Source: an uncultured Actinomycetes bacterium (GTDB taxonomy: Bacteria > Actinomycetota > Thermoleophilia > RBG-16-64-13). Taken from it: a stretch of DNA of 64,000 nt. The DNA lies in NCBI GenBank assembly GCA_963706025.1, contig CAVPLM010000005.1, positions 288,001 through 352,000 on the forward strand. Reading direction: 5' to 3'. Under the pieces are notes generated by a model, which worked only from the letters and a program-made list of their open reading frames with translations, was not told the DNA's origin and searched no databases. The position numbers and the translations under genes were made by a program. How positions within the stretch are numbered: position 1 is the first letter of the stretch; each line of letters begins with the position of its first letter. This document shows positions 40,732 to 51,492 of the stretch, piece after piece.

Positions 40732-41595
40732 TTGGAGGACGGCAGGCCACGGCGGGTGAGTGATCTTCTCCGAGAGGGTTTCGATGGTTTCTCTCGTGGG
40801 CAGAAGGGCATCGCCCGGTACGTCATCGACCACCTCGAAGAGGTGGGGTATCTGAGCGCCGAGGAGCTGGGGCAGAAAGGCAGCACCTCCAGCTCGACTG
40901 TGGTCCGCTTTGCCCAGTCGTTGGGATTCGCCGGCTATCCCGAGTTCCAGAAGGCAGCTCGAGACGAGCACAGATTGGGGGCCACCGCCCGCCCGGTGGT
41001 CCATGATGACCAGCTCGGGTTCGTCATCGAGGAGGACATCCTCACCCGTTCCCTGAAGACCGACTCCCTGAGCCTCGAGGAGACCATCAGCAAGAACACG
41101 CTGGAGCGCTTCAACCGGGCCGTGCAGGCTCTGAGCGGAGCCGCGCAGGTGCTGGTGGTGGGCCTCCACGAAGCCGCCGCGGTGGCCGAGCACGCTTCGT
41201 ACGTGTTCGAGCTGTTGGGCATTCCCTGCTTGGCGGTGACCGACAGCGCCGAATCCAACGTCGCCCGCCTGAGCCGGTTGACCGAGGGCGATGTGCTCGT
41301 GGCTATCGGCTTCCGCCGAGCTCACTCGGTGACGATCTCCTTCGCTGAGAAAGCAGCCGAACAAGGGGCGACCGTGATCGTGATCACCGACAATTCCCTG
41401 TCGGAGTTGGCGGGGAAGGGCACGCTGACCCTGTATGCAGACATCGACTCCACTTTCTTCGCCCACTCACTGGTGGGCCCCGTCAGCCTGGTAAGCGCCC
41501 TTGCGGCGGCGGTCTATAGCCGGGACCGCGATCTGTATGATTCCCGGGTCAGGATCGTGCGTGACAAGGCGACCGAATCGGGTTGGCTCCGCTGA
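40732..41595 (+). CDS. MurR/RpiR family transcriptional regulator
   Basis: HTH SSSTVVRFAQSLGFAGYPEFQ plus SIS domain (ITDNSLSEL); TTG after GGAGGGG. Confidence 0.9.
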   Translation: MEDGRPRRVSDLLREGFDGFSRGQKGIARYVIDHLEEVGYLSAEELGQKGSTSSSTVVRFAQSLGFAGYPEFQKAARDEHRLGATARPVVHDDQLGFVIEEDILTRSLKTDSLSLEETISKNTLERFNRAVQALSGAAQVLVVGLHEAAAVAEHASYVFELLGIPCLAVTDSAESNVARLSRLTEGDVLVAIGFRRAHSVTISFAEKAAEQGATVIVITDNSLSELAGKGTLTLYADIDSTFFAHSLVGPVSLVSALAAAVYSRDRDLYDSRVRIVRDKATESGWLR

Positions 41596-41634
41596 TCGGG
41601 GGCTCCGGTCTGGACGGCCGGTGGCCCGTGCGCG

Positions 41635-41663
41635 TTGAAGGCGTCCGGGGGCTCGGCTAAACT
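41635..41663 (+). promoter_or_regulatory. Housekeeping sigma promoter for yebC-ruv operon
   Basis: TTGAAG-N17-TAAACT. Confidence 0.55.
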
Positions 41664-41717
41664 CTAGTCCAGCGCGAACGGTGCGAGAGGACAGGCGCTC
41701 GAGCGGAGGATCATGAC

Positions 41718-42470
41718 ATGTCGGGGCACTCGAAGTGGGCGGGCATCAAGCACAAGAAAGCGGCGGTCGACGCAAAGCGTGGCCAGCTGTTCGGCAAGCT
41801 GGCACGTGCCATCACCGTGGCGGCTCGCGAGGGCGGGGGTGACCCGGATCACAACGCCACGCTGGCCCAGGCGATCGTCAAGGCCAAAGACGCGAACATG
41901 CCCCACGACAACATCGACCGGGCGATCAAAAAGGGCACGGGCACTGCCTCCGATGCCGAGACCTTCCATCACCTGACGTACGAAGGTTACGGACCCAACG
42001 GGGTGGCCGTCTACATGACGGTCCTCACCGACAACAAGAACCGCACGGCCGCCGACATCCGCTACGTCTTCGATCGGGGCGGAGGCAAGCTGGGCACCGA
42101 TGGTTCCGTGAGTTGGATGTTCGAGCGCAAAGGTGTGATCTTCGTCGACGCCGCCGGGCGCGATGAAGAGGAGGTGATGATGGCGGCGATCGAAGCGGGA
42201 GCCGAGGACGTCCTGAGCGAGGGCGACTCTTTCGAGATCCTGTGTGAACCCGCCGACTTCATGTCCGTGCGGGCCGCTCTGGAGGCAGCCGGCATCCAGT
42301 ACTCGTCCGCCGAGCTCACCATGATCCCCAAGAACACCGTGGCGCTGAGCGAATCGGATGCCCGCAAGACCCTGCGCCTCCTGGACGCCTTGGAAGACAA
42401 CGACGACATCCAAGAGGTCTACGCGAACTTCGATATCCCCGACCACGTGATGGAAACACTGGCAGGGTGA
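41718..42470 (+). CDS. yebC: YebC/PmpR family protein
   Basis: MSGHSKWAGIKHKK, YEGYGP, TDNKNRT. Confidence 0.95.
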   Translation: MSGHSKWAGIKHKKAAVDAKRGQLFGKLARAITVAAREGGGDPDHNATLAQAIVKAKDANMPHDNIDRAIKKGTGTASDAETFHHLTYEGYGPNGVAVYMTVLTDNKNRTAADIRYVFDRGGGKLGTDGSVSWMFERKGVIFVDAAGRDEEEVMMAAIEAGAEDVLSEGDSFEILCEPADFMSVRAALEAAGIQYSSAELTMIPKNTVALSESDARKTLRLLDALEDNDDIQEVYANFDIPDHVMETLAG

Positions 42471-42486
42471 GCGAGGCCCCGGCCGC

Positions 42487-43032
42487 ATGAACGAGCGCGA
42501 GGGCCGGGTGATTCTGGGGCTCGATCCGGGGACGGCGGCCACCGGTTTCGGTGTGATCTCCGTGTCCGGGAATCGTTTGAGGGCCCTCGAATTCGGAGTG
42601 GTGGAGACCCCGGCAGGACTTCCGTTGGAGCGACGGCTCGAGCAGATCTACGGTGAGGTGGGTGGACTTCTCCGTCGTCACCGCCCCATGGCCACCGCTG
42701 TGGAGTCGCTTTTCTTCAACACCAATGTCCGGACGGCACTGGCCGTGGGGCATGCTCGAGGCGTGACGCTGCTCGCATGTTCCCAGGCGGGCTGCGAGGT
42801 CTTCGAGTACACCCCACAGCAGGTCAAGCAGGCGGTGGTGGGTTACGGAAAGGCCGGCAAGGAACAGGTGATGGAGATGGTGCGCGTGCTCCTTGCCTTG
42901 TCCGAAACACCACGTCCCGACCATGCCGCGGATGCTTTGGGCGTGGCCATCTGCCATGCGAACACGTGTGAAATGCGGGAGAGCATAGCCCGCAGCCAGG
43001 CGCGGAGCCTTGCAGATGGGTCGATTCGATGA
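42487..43032 (+). CDS. ruvC: Holliday junction resolvase
   Basis: LGLDPG, VESLFF, DHAADAL. Confidence 0.95.
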   Translation: MNEREGRVILGLDPGTAATGFGVISVSGNRLRALEFGVVETPAGLPLERRLEQIYGEVGGLLRRHRPMATAVESLFFNTNVRTALAVGHARGVTLLACSQAGCEVFEYTPQQVKQAVVGYGKAGKEQVMEMVRVLLALSETPRPDHAADALGVAICHANTCEMRESIARSQARSLADGSIR

Positions 43033-43619
43033 TCGAGCGGCTAACGGGAGCGGTCGCAGCCAAGACCGAAGACGGCGTGGTCCTCGATGTAGGTGGGGTG
43101 GGCTTTCTTCTGGAGGTCTCTGGGATCACCCTGCGCGACGTGCCGGGACTGGGGATAGACGTGATCCTTTTCACCCACCTGCACGTGCGCGAAGATGCCC
43201 TGCAGTTGTTCGGGTTCTCTTCCGAGGAAGAGCGGGGGCTGTTCCGCCTCTTCTTAGGGGTCAGCAAGATCGGACCGAGGCTGGCCCTGGCGGCGTGCTC
43301 GTGCCGGCGCCCCTCCGATCTGAAGCGGGCCCTGGCTGCGGGCGACGTGGCTCTGTTCGCCTCGGTGCCCGGGATCGGCAAGAAGACCGCCGAGCGGCTC
43401 ATCCTGGAGCTGCGCGAGAAGGTGAGCGTGCCCGGGTTCACGCTCTCCGCGGGCGAGCCGGGGGTAGCCTTCGTCGAAGACGGCTCCTTCCCCTTGGCGC
43501 GGGCGGCGCTCGTGGAGCTAGGTTTCGGCGTCCAAGAAGCTGAAAGGCTGCTGGCGACGCTCGATCCGGATCAACCGGTGGAGGACTTGGTGCGGCAGGC
43601 GCTCGGGAGGCGGCTGTAG
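43029..43619 (+). CDS. ruvA: Holliday junction branch migration protein
   Basis: HVRED, IGPRLAL, PGIGKKTAERLILEL. Confidence 0.95.
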   Translation: MIERLTGAVAAKTEDGVVLDVGGVGFLLEVSGITLRDVPGLGIDVILFTHLHVREDALQLFGFSSEEERGLFRLFLGVSKIGPRLALAACSCRRPSDLKRALAAGDVALFASVPGIGKKTAERLILELREKVSVPGFTLSAGEPGVAFVEDGSFPLARAALVELGFGVQEAERLLATLDPDQPVEDLVRQALGRRL

Positions 43620-43691
43620 CGGTCAGGCCGGCCGCTGACGGGGCATGGGGAAGACCGCGGATCAAGGCGCGACCAAGAGAAGGGTGGGGGA

Positions 43692-44732
43692 GTGACGGAC
43701 GGCGAGAGGTTGGCGGATCCGGAGGAGATCCCGCAGGAGCAGGAGCTCGAGCGTTCCCTGCGTCCCCGGTCGCTTGGAGCTTTCGTGGGACAGCCGGTCC
43801 TGAGGGAGCAATTGCAGATCTTCATCGAAGCGGCGAAGTCGCGAGGGGAACCGCTCGACCACGTGCTTCTGGCCGGCCCCCCCGGTCTGGGCAAGACCAC
43901 ACTCGCGAACATCATCGCCATCGAGATGGGGGTCAACATCGTCACCACCTCGGGGCCGGCTCTGGAGCGGAAGGCAGATATGGCCGCCATCCTCACCCAT
44001 CTGCAGGAAGCGGACGTCCTCTTCATTGACGAGATCCATCGCCTCAATCGCTCCATCGAAGAGATCCTCTATCCAGCGATGGAGGATTTCGAGATCGACA
44101 TCGTGATCGGCCAAGGACCCAGCGCGCGCACCATCAGGCTGGAACTGCCCCGGTTCACCCTCATCGGCGCCACCACTCGTTCGGGTCTGATCACAACTCC
44201 GCTCCGCGACCGGTTCGGTTTCTCCCACCGGCTCGACTATTACTCCGTGGACGACCTCGTGGTGATCGTGGCCCGCTCGGCGGAGATCCTGGGAGTAGGG
44301 ATCGATGAGGCCGGCGCCCAAGAACTGGCTCTGCGCTCCCGGGGGACGCCCCGTATCGTCAACCGGCTGCTCAAGCGGGTGCGGGACTACGCGCAGGTCC
44401 GCCACCAAGGCAGCATCACGGGCGAGATCGCGCTGGAGGCGCTGCATCTCTTCGAAGTCGACGATGAGGGCCTCGACCGAGTGGACCGGGAGATCCTCAA
44501 TCTCATCCTGCACAAGTTCGACGGCGGCCCGGTAGGGCTCTCCACGCTGGCGGTGGCCATCGGTGAGGAGGCCGACACCATCGAAGACGTGTACGAGCCG
44601 TTTCTTCTCCAACGGGGCTTTCTCATGCGCACTCCCCGCGGGCGGGTGCTCACCCGGCTGGGCTACGAGCACTGCGGGGCCGTTCCGCCTCGAGAGGCGC
44701 AAACGACCCGGCCGGACACCCTGTTCGGCTAA
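43692..44732 (+). CDS. ruvB: Holliday junction helicase
   Basis: [28 protein letters not shown]. Confidence 0.97.
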   Translation: MTDGERLADPEEIPQEQELERSLRPRSLGAFVGQPVLREQLQIFIEAAKSRGEPLDHVLLAGPPGLGKTTLANIIAIEMGVNIVTTSGPALERKADMAAILTHLQEADVLFIDEIHRLNRSIEEILYPAMEDFEIDIVIGQGPSARTIRLELPRFTLIGATTRSGLITTPLRDRFGFSHRLDYYSVDDLVVIVARSAEILGVGIDEAGAQELALRSRGTPRIVNRLLKRVRDYAQVRHQGSITGEIALEALHLFEVDDEGLDRVDREILNLILHKFDGGPVGLSTLAVAIGEEADTIEDVYEPFLLQRGFLMRTPRGRVLTRLGYEHCGAVPPREAQTTRPDTLFG

Positions 44733-44756
44733 GAGTCCCGGTCCACGCATGCGCTC

Positions 44757-45311
44757 ATGAAGCTGCTCCTCCACGTCTGTTGCGGTCCTTGTGCCAGCGC
44801 CACCATCCCTTGGTGGCGGACAAACGTCGCTGAGGTGGTCGGCTTCTTCCACAATCCCAACATCCACCCGCTGCTCGAGTATCGCCGCAGGCTCACGGGC
44901 GCCCGCGACGTCGCTCAGATGATGGCGATGCCTCTCATCGAGGACAAGGCTTACGACCCGGAGGAATGGTTCGCCCGGGTCGCGGGCGGCGTTGACGCCC
45001 GCAGCCGGGGCGAAGCAGGGTCAAGATGCGCCCGTTGTATCGGCCAACGGCTGGAGAGGGCGGCGGCTCAGGCGGTCGCCGAGGGCTGCGACGCGTTCTC
45101 CACCACTCTCGCTATCAGCCCTTGGCAGGACCACGAGGCCATACGAGCTGGAGGAGAGCAGGCCGCCCGGATCCACGAGGTCGAGTTCGCCTACGAGGAC
45201 CTGCGCCCGCTGTATCCGGAATCCCGCCGCCTGAGCCGGGAATGGGGGGTGTACCGGCAGAAATACTGCGGCTGCCTGGTGTCCGAGTGGGAGCGGTACC
45301 GTGAGTCTTGA
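44757..45311 (+). CDS. queH: Epoxyqueuosine reductase QueH
   Basis: LLHVCCGPC, NPNIHP, CARC, YRQKYCGC. Confidence 0.9.
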   Translation: MKLLLHVCCGPCASATIPWWRTNVAEVVGFFHNPNIHPLLEYRRRLTGARDVAQMMAMPLIEDKAYDPEEWFARVAGGVDARSRGEAGSRCARCIGQRLERAAAQAVAEGCDAFSTTLAISPWQDHEAIRAGGEQAARIHEVEFAYEDLRPLYPESRRLSREWGVYRQKYCGCLVSEWERYRES

Positions 45312-45519
45312 GGCCGTCGCGAAGATCGTCCTCGCTATCGGCGCGGGAGTGCTGGTGCTGGGGGGCATCCTGTTCCTTCTTGCGAAGTTGGGCTTGACCA
45401 GCATCCCGGGGGACTTCGTCTATCGGGGTAAGAATGTCACCGTCTACATCCCCATCGGGCTCATGATCCTGGTCAGCGTCCTTGCCTCTCTCTTCATGCA
45501 CTTCTTCTTCCGTCGCTGA
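45301..45519 (+). CDS. DUF2905 family membrane protein
   Basis: IPGDFVYRGKNVTVYIPI. Confidence 0.85.
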   Translation: MSLEAVAKIVLAIGAGVLVLGGILFLLAKLGLTSIPGDFVYRGKNVTVYIPIGLMILVSVLASLFMHFFFRR

Positions 45520-45535
45520 AGCCGGGTTCCGTGAC

Positions 45536-46624
45536 GTGCGCTTAGAAGAGCTCGATTTCGATATCCCGGAGGCGCTTATCGCCCAGTCTCCCATGGAGCC
45601 CCGGGATTCGTGCCGCCTCATGCACCTGCTCGCGGATGGCGGTTGCCACCACGCGGTGTTCTCCGACCTCCCCGGCCGCCTCACTGCAGGAGACACTCTC
45701 GTCTTCAACGACTCTCGCGTCCTGCCGGCGCGCTTGCGCGCGCAGAAGACCACCGGAGGCGTCGTGGAACTGCTTCTTCTCAGGCCGGCAGACGGTGAGA
45801 ACGCGGCCGAGGGAGAGCTGTGGGAGGCACTGGCGCGTCCCTCTCATCGGCTGCACCCCGGGGAGCGACTGACCCTGTCCGGAGGTGAGCAGCTGACGCT
45901 CTGGGGCCTCCTCGGCGAAGGACGCTGGGTGGTGGAAGGTCCCCCCGGTCGCTCGCTTGTCGCGATCATGGAGGCCGAAGGACGCCTTCCCCTGCCGCCT
46001 TACATCAAGACTTATCCCGAAGAACCGTCCAGCTATCAGACCGTCTACGCCTCGGTGCCGGGATCTTCGGCCGCACCTACTGCCGGTCTTCATTTCACAC
46101 CGGGTCTGTTGGAACGCCTCGACCGGGGGGGAGTGAACTCCGCCTACGTGACTTTGCACGTGGGGCTGGATACCTTCCAGCCCATCCGAGAGCAGGTCGT
46201 CGAGCAACACCGAATCCATCGGGAGACCTACAGCGTCAGCCCTGAAGCGCTGCGCACCATTCGCGCCACCGTTGTTTCGGGGAGTCGCCTCGTGGCCGTC
46301 GGGACCACCGCCTCCAGGGTGTTGGAAACGCTGGCCCGTGACGGGCTCCTCGACGATGCGAGGCCTCCGGTCCCGGTGTGTGGCTCCACCGACATCTTCA
46401 TCACTCCCGGATATCGATTCCAGGCCGTTGACGTGCTCCTCACCAACCTCCACCTGCCGCGTAGCACGGTCTTGCTGATGACTATGGCTTTTGCCGGGGT
46501 CGATCGTCTCCGGCTGGCCTATGCCGAGGCTATCCAGCGCGGGTACCGCTTCTTCAGTTTCGGAGACGCCATGCTGATCGAACCCCTGGTCCCGCGGACG
46601 TCGAGCCGCCAGGAGGGAATGTGA
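45536..46624 (+). CDS. queA: SAM:tRNA ribosyltransferase-isomerase
   Basis: LIAQ, FNDSRVLPAR, PLPPYI, AAPTAGLHFT, FSFGDAM. Confidence 0.95.
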   Translation: MRLEELDFDIPEALIAQSPMEPRDSCRLMHLLADGGCHHAVFSDLPGRLTAGDTLVFNDSRVLPARLRAQKTTGGVVELLLLRPADGENAAEGELWEALARPSHRLHPGERLTLSGGEQLTLWGLLGEGRWVVEGPPGRSLVAIMEAEGRLPLPPYIKTYPEEPSSYQTVYASVPGSSAAPTAGLHFTPGLLERLDRGGVNSAYVTLHVGLDTFQPIREQVVEQHRIHRETYSVSPEALRTIRATVVSGSRLVAVGTTASRVLETLARDGLLDDARPPVPVCGSTDIFITPGYRFQAVDVLLTNLHLPRSTVLLMTMAFAGVDRLRLAYAEAIQRGYRFFSFGDAMLIEPLVPRTSSRQEGM

Positions 46625-47763
46625 GACTCCTTGACGGCCTGCCGGACTTCCCGTTCACGATAGAGGCGCGCGACGGAGCCGCCAGGGCCGGCGTGCTCGA
46701 GACTCCGCGCGGAGCCGTGCTTACACCGTGCTTCATGCCGGTCGGAACCAAGGGGACGGTCAAGGCCATCGCCCCCGAGCGTTTGCGTATGGTGGGAGTG
46801 CAGATCATTCTGGCCAACACCTACCACCTGGCGCTCCGACCCGGGAGTGAGGTCGTCCGCCGCCTCGGGGGGCTGCACCGGTTCATGCAGTGGGACGGTC
46901 CTATACTGACCGACAGTGGGGGATATCAGGTCTTCAGTCTACGGGATACGGCGCGGATCGATGACGCGAGCGTGACCTTCCGTTCCATATATGACGGTTC
47001 CAAGCATGTGTTCACGCCCGAGCGGGCCGTCGCCGAGCAGCAGGCTCTGGGCGCCGACATCATCACGTGTCTCGATCAGTGCCCGCCGGGAACGGCGTCT
47101 CTCTCCGAGGTGAAGGAAGCTGTGGAGCGGACCTCCCGGTGGGCCGAGCGCTGCAAGCACGCGCACCAGGAAACGAGTGGCCGGGGGACCGACGGTCCGC
47201 AGATGCTCCTGGGGATCGCGCAAGGGGGAGTGGTGCCGGAATTGCGCCGGGAGAGCGTGGCCCGGCTTACCGACATCGGCTTCGCAGCCTACGCCATCGG
47301 CGGCCTCACCGTCGGCGAGGACCGGGCGGCGATGCTCGACACCACTGCACTGACGGCCTCTCTTCTTCCGGAGGACAGGCTCCGCTATTTCATGGGCATC
47401 GGCGACCCGGAGGGTCTGGTCGAGGTGATAGCGCGGGGGGTCGATGTGTTCGACTGTGTGCTTCCCACCCGGACGGCCCGGATGGGGACGGCGTTCACAA
47501 GCGCCGGACGGCTCAACCTGCGCAACGCCGCCAATACCCTATCCAAGGAGCCGTTGGAAGAAGACTGCCCTTGCACCGCCTGCCAGGGCTTCTCGCGGGG
47601 AGCGATTCGCCATCTGGTGATGCAGAAAGAGATCCTGGGGCTGATGCTGCTCACCGAGCACAACCTCACCTTCCTCACCCGGCTGGTCACTGCGGCCAGA
47701 GAAGCGATCGTGGCGGGCCGTTTTGCCTCCTTTCGGGATGGCCTGGACGCCGTCGCGTGCTAA
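46621..47763 (+). CDS. tgt: tRNA-guanine transglycosylase (preQ1-type pocket)
   Basis: FMPVGT, NTYHL, TDSGGYQVFSL, LDQC, GGLTVGE, FDCVLPTR, CPCTAC. Confidence 0.97.
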   Translation: MRLLDGLPDFPFTIEARDGAARAGVLETPRGAVLTPCFMPVGTKGTVKAIAPERLRMVGVQIILANTYHLALRPGSEVVRRLGGLHRFMQWDGPILTDSGGYQVFSLRDTARIDDASVTFRSIYDGSKHVFTPERAVAEQQALGADIITCLDQCPPGTASLSEVKEAVERTSRWAERCKHAHQETSGRGTDGPQMLLGIAQGGVVPELRRESVARLTDIGFAAYAIGGLTVGEDRAAMLDTTALTASLLPEDRLRYFMGIGDPEGLVEVIARGVDVFDCVLPTRTARMGTAFTSAGRLNLRNAANTLSKEPLEEDCPCTACQGFSRGAIRHLVMQKEILGLMLLTEHNLTFLTRLVTAAREAIVAGRFASFRDGLDAVAC

Positions 47764-47836
47764 GATACGCTTTCATGCGTACGGGCCCCGTTTCCGTCCC
47801 GATAGTATGCGGACGGTTCTTGAGAAGGAGGAGAGT

Positions 47837-48313
47837 TTGAGCAGTTCAGCAGGGATGTTAATCATCTATGTGGTTGCCTTTATCGCCATCTTCTACTTCA
47901 TGGCGATCAGGCCCCAACAAAGACAGCGCAAGGCACACCAAGCCGTGCTCTCCGCATTGAAGAAAGGTGACCGTATCGTCACCGCGGCCGGCATCTACGG
48001 GACGGTCAAACGGGTCGAGGACAACATCGTGGTGGTCGAGGTTGCGAAAGGCGTGTCCATGAAGGTCGCCCGCCGGGCTGTTGCCGAGATCATCAGAGAT
48101 CAGGCCGAGATCCGGGCCGCCGCGCCGGAGGGGACCGCCGGCCGGGGCAAAGCTGCCCTCGCTGAGATCGAGGAAGTCTCCACTGCTGACGAGGTGGAGC
48201 CCGCCGAGGCATTCTCCGCAGACGACCCCGGGGAGGCGTCCGCCACTGAAGAGGCACCGGCCGATGAGTCCGCCGCGTCGCAGTCGAACGGTTCCAAGAA
48301 GAGCGACGGATAG
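47837..48313 (+). CDS. yajC: Preprotein translocase subunit YajC with acidic tail
   Basis: FYFMAIRPQQR, LKKGDRIVTAAGIYG. Confidence 0.92.
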   Translation: MSSSAGMLIIYVVAFIAIFYFMAIRPQQRQRKAHQAVLSALKKGDRIVTAAGIYGTVKRVEDNIVVVEVAKGVSMKVARRAVAEIIRDQAEIRAAAPEGTAGRGKAALAEIEEVSTADEVEPAEAFSADDPGEASATEEAPADESAASQSNGSKKSDG

Positions 48314-48394
48314 CGTCAGGCGAATCGAAGGCCAAGGCCTCGTCCTGGGGTCCACTGCGTGGCCGGGTCGTCGAAAGCACCGTCCCTGGAACCT

Positions 48395-48416
48395 GCGCTC
48401 TTACGGGGCGTTTTTT
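48395..48416 (+). terminator. Weak intrinsic terminator after yajC
   Basis: GCGCTC-TTACG-GGGCGT-TTTTT. Confidence 0.45.
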
Positions 48417-48477
48417 GCGTTACCGGTATGTGACCGCTGGATCTGTAATCGAACCGCTCCTTTAGGAAGGTGCGCCC

Positions 48478-49899
48478 TTGTCCAGAATAAGACGTGACGC
48501 CGGGATACTCGTGCTGGTGGTGATCCTGCTCGGAGTCGCCGCTTATTTTGCCTTCCCGGTATCAAAGACCAACCTCGGGCTCGATCTTCAGGGAGGCCTG
48601 TCGGTCATACTCCAGGCCCCCGAAGGTACCAGCAGCGACGATATGGACCAGGCGCTGGATATCATCCAGAACCGGGTCAACAAGCTGGGCGTCGCTGAAC
48701 CCGAGATCCAGCGGCAGGGCACGGACAAGATCAGCGTCCAACTTCCGGGGATCGATAATCCCCAGCAGGCGCTTGACATCATCGGCAAGACGGCAGTGCT
48801 CGAATTCCACGAGGTGAGCGACTTCGGCGAAGCGTATTCGAGTGAGGCAGATGCACTGGCCGCGGCGGGGGTTGCTTCTCAGCAGGAGTTGGATGCCCTC
48901 CCGGGGTATAACCAGATCGTCTACTGGCCGGCAGCTGAGTCAGGGACCGGTACCGAACAGTGGTTCCTGGTGACGGCTGAACCGGAGTTGACCGGGGCGA
49001 GGCTCACCGGCGCCCAAGTGGGCTACGACCAGTTCAACAACCCCAAGGTCGACATGCAGTTCGACGACGAGGGTGCCCAGCTCTTCTCCGAGATCACCGG
49101 TAAGCTGGCCGAGACCTCCCAGATCACCGGCGAGGACCAGTTGTTGGCTATCGTTCTCGACGGCAACGTCGAATCGGCCCCGCGTGTGTTGGAGCAGATC
49201 GACGGTGGCGAGGCGGAGATCACGGGCAAGTTCACCATGGACGAAGCCAAGAACCTCGCCCTGGTCCTGCAGACCGGTGCTCTGCCTGTCGAACTCACGT
49301 CGGTGAGCCAGAACTTGATCGGGGCCACTCTCGGTCAGGCGGCTCTGGAGCAGGCTCTCATCGCCGGTGCCGTCGGCCTGCTGCTCATCTTCGTCTTCAT
49401 GATCGCCTACTACCGGCTGCTGGGGGTGGTTGCGAGCTTCGCCCTCCTCATCTATGGAGTGCTCTTCCTTGGCATCCTCAACGGCATCGGGGTGACCATG
49501 ACCCTTCCCGGCATCGCGGGGATCATCTTGACTCTGGGGATGGCGGTGGACGCCAATGTGCTCATCTTCGCCCGCATGAGAGACGAAGTGGCTGCGGGCA
49601 AGTCCATCGGCGCGGCGACCAGCGCGGGATTCAGGAAGGCCTTCCGGGCCGTTTTCGACTGCAACATGACCACTATCCTGACGGCCATCATACTGTTCTG
49701 GGCCGCGTCCGGGGGAGTCAAGGGCTTCGCGCTCACTCTCGGGGTAGGGGTAGCCCTCTCCATGTTCACCGCGGTCCTGGTGACCCGCTCCCTGTTGATG
49801 CTGCTCGCCATGTGGAAACCGTTCCGCAGCCCGAAGCTGCTCGGGCTACACGTCCCCAAGAGCAAGATCGTCCCCGTGGATGAAGGGGGGCGGTCGTGA
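48478..49899 (+). CDS. secD: Protein translocase subunit SecD
   Basis: LGLDLQGG, LPGIAG, GMAVDANV. Confidence 0.96.
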   Translation: MSRIRRDAGILVLVVILLGVAAYFAFPVSKTNLGLDLQGGLSVILQAPEGTSSDDMDQALDIIQNRVNKLGVAEPEIQRQGTDKISVQLPGIDNPQQALDIIGKTAVLEFHEVSDFGEAYSSEADALAAAGVASQQELDALPGYNQIVYWPAAESGTGTEQWFLVTAEPELTGARLTGAQVGYDQFNNPKVDMQFDDEGAQLFSEITGKLAETSQITGEDQLLAIVLDGNVESAPRVLEQIDGGEAEITGKFTMDEAKNLALVLQTGALPVELTSVSQNLIGATLGQAALEQALIAGAVGLLLIFVFMIAYYRLLGVVASFALLIYGVLFLGILNGIGVTMTLPGIAGIILTLGMAVDANVLIFARMRDEVAAGKSIGAATSAGFRKAFRAVFDCNMTTILTAIILFWAASGGVKGFALTLGVGVALSMFTAVLVTRSLLMLLAMWKPFRSPKLLGLHVPKSKIVPVDEGGRS

Positions 49900-50997
49900 G
49901 GATGTTTCATTTCATGCGCTACAAGTGGTGGTTCCTTGGTTCTCTGACCGCCGTCACCGTGTTTGCTTTCGTGTTCGTCTTCGCTGTGGGTTTCGATCTC
50001 GGCATCGACTTCCGCGGCGGGGTGAGGATGGAAGTGACCGTGGAGCAGCCCGCGACGGTCGACGAGGTTCGCACGGTGGTGACGGAGGCGGGTGTCAAAG
50101 AGCCGGTGGTCCAATCGGTCACGGGAGCCGGGGGCGGCGACTCCTTCTTGATCACGGCTGAGGAAATGTCCCAGGAGCAGGTCGATCAGATCATCGCCGA
50201 TCTGGATGCTGAGTACGGGGTGGAGGAAGGTTCCGTGGGGGTGGAGACCGTAGGAGCCAGCTTCGGCCAGGAGACCACCAACAGGACCTTCATCGCCATC
50301 GCGATCGCGGTGATCGTCATAGTTGCCTATCTGACCTTGCGCTTTGAGATCAAGTTCGCCCTTCCGGCCATCGTCGCCCTCATCCACGATGTCGGTCTCA
50401 CCCTGGGGATATACGCGGCCAGCAACCGTCTGGTCACGGCGGCCACGGTCGCCGCCATCCTCACCATCCTGGGTTACTCGGTTCATGACACGATCATCGT
50501 TTTCGACCGGATGCGCGAGAACACTCCGCTCATGAAGAAGGAAACATACGGAGACATGGTCGACCTTTCCATCAGCCAGACCATGATCCGGTCCATCAAC
50601 ACGACCATCGCTCTGCTGCTGCCGTTGGTGGCCATCCTTATCTTCGGCGGCCCTACCCTCAAAGACTTCGCCATGGCCCTCACGATCGGGGTCGTAGCGG
50701 GTACGTACTCCTCGTTCTTCGTGGCCGCCCCCTTGGTAGTCATTTGGAAAGAACGGGAGCCGCGCTATCGCAAGCGCTTGGCCGCTGCCGGAGCCGTTGG
50801 GGCGGCTGGTGGTCGACGTGGGCGCCGGTGCCACGGATGCCGGCGCACCCGCGCTGGAGCTCGCGACCCCGGCCGGAGCGACGGCCGCGGCGGGTGCGTC
50901 CGGCAAGCCGGCGCAGGCCAAGGTTTCGCAGAAGTCCAAGAAAGGGAAGACCTCCAAACGACCGGCAGCAAAGAATCCCAAGCGGACAGCTCGCTAG
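49896..50997 (+). CDS. secF: Protein translocase subunit SecF (probable frameshift near 50800 in C-terminal tail)
   Basis: GIDFRGG, GYSVHDTIIVFDRMRE, RSINT; Lys-rich tail in shifted frame ends 50997 just before next gene. Confidence 0.92.
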
Positions 50998-51010
50998 AGA
51001 GGAGAACGCC

Positions 51011-51433
51011 GTGGAGGAACAGTCTGGTCCTGAAGTCGAGCAGGAGTCCTTGGGCTCCACCAGCCAGAGCGTCAGAGATCTGATCGAGCGCGTGTTTCTG
51101 TTGGGCGTCGGTGCTGCCGCACTGACCAAAGACCGGGTGCAGGAGCTGGTGGAGGAGCTTGTCCGGCGTGGTCAGCTCAGTGGCGAAGAAGGTCGAGAGG
51201 TGGCCGACAGACTAGTCGCGCGAAGCCGGGAAGAGGCTCGGGCGGCCGCCAAGAGGGCCGATTCTTCGCTGCAGGGAGCGTATCGCGAGATCGGTCTGGT
51301 CACGAGACGCGAGGTCGAGGACATCGAGTTCCGGCTGCGGCAGCTCGAACACCGGGTGCAGCTGCTGGAGGCTGCCGAAGACGCCGCTTCGAGCCCGGCG
51401 GCCGGCTCTGCGGAGGTATCTTCCACCTCCTGA
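51011..51433 (+). CDS. Phasin-like (PHA granule-associated family) protein
   Basis: LLGVGAAALTKDR..LVRRGQLS.EEG...GLVTRREV. Confidence 0.75.
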   Translation: MEEQSGPEVEQESLGSTSQSVRDLIERVFLLGVGAAALTKDRVQELVEELVRRGQLSGEEGREVADRLVARSREEARAAAKRADSSLQGAYREIGLVTRREVEDIEFRLRQLEHRVQLLEAAEDAASSPAAGSAEVSSTS

Positions 51434-51492
51434 GCAGCCGCGGGGTCTGACCGGCGGCTGTCCGAAGTGAAGCGAGCCGGCGGGCGACAGAT

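Noticed and set aside
48314-48477. Possible riboswitch or T-box between yajC and secD
   Set aside because: Only a weak terminator is supportable; no T-box or preQ1 motif seen.
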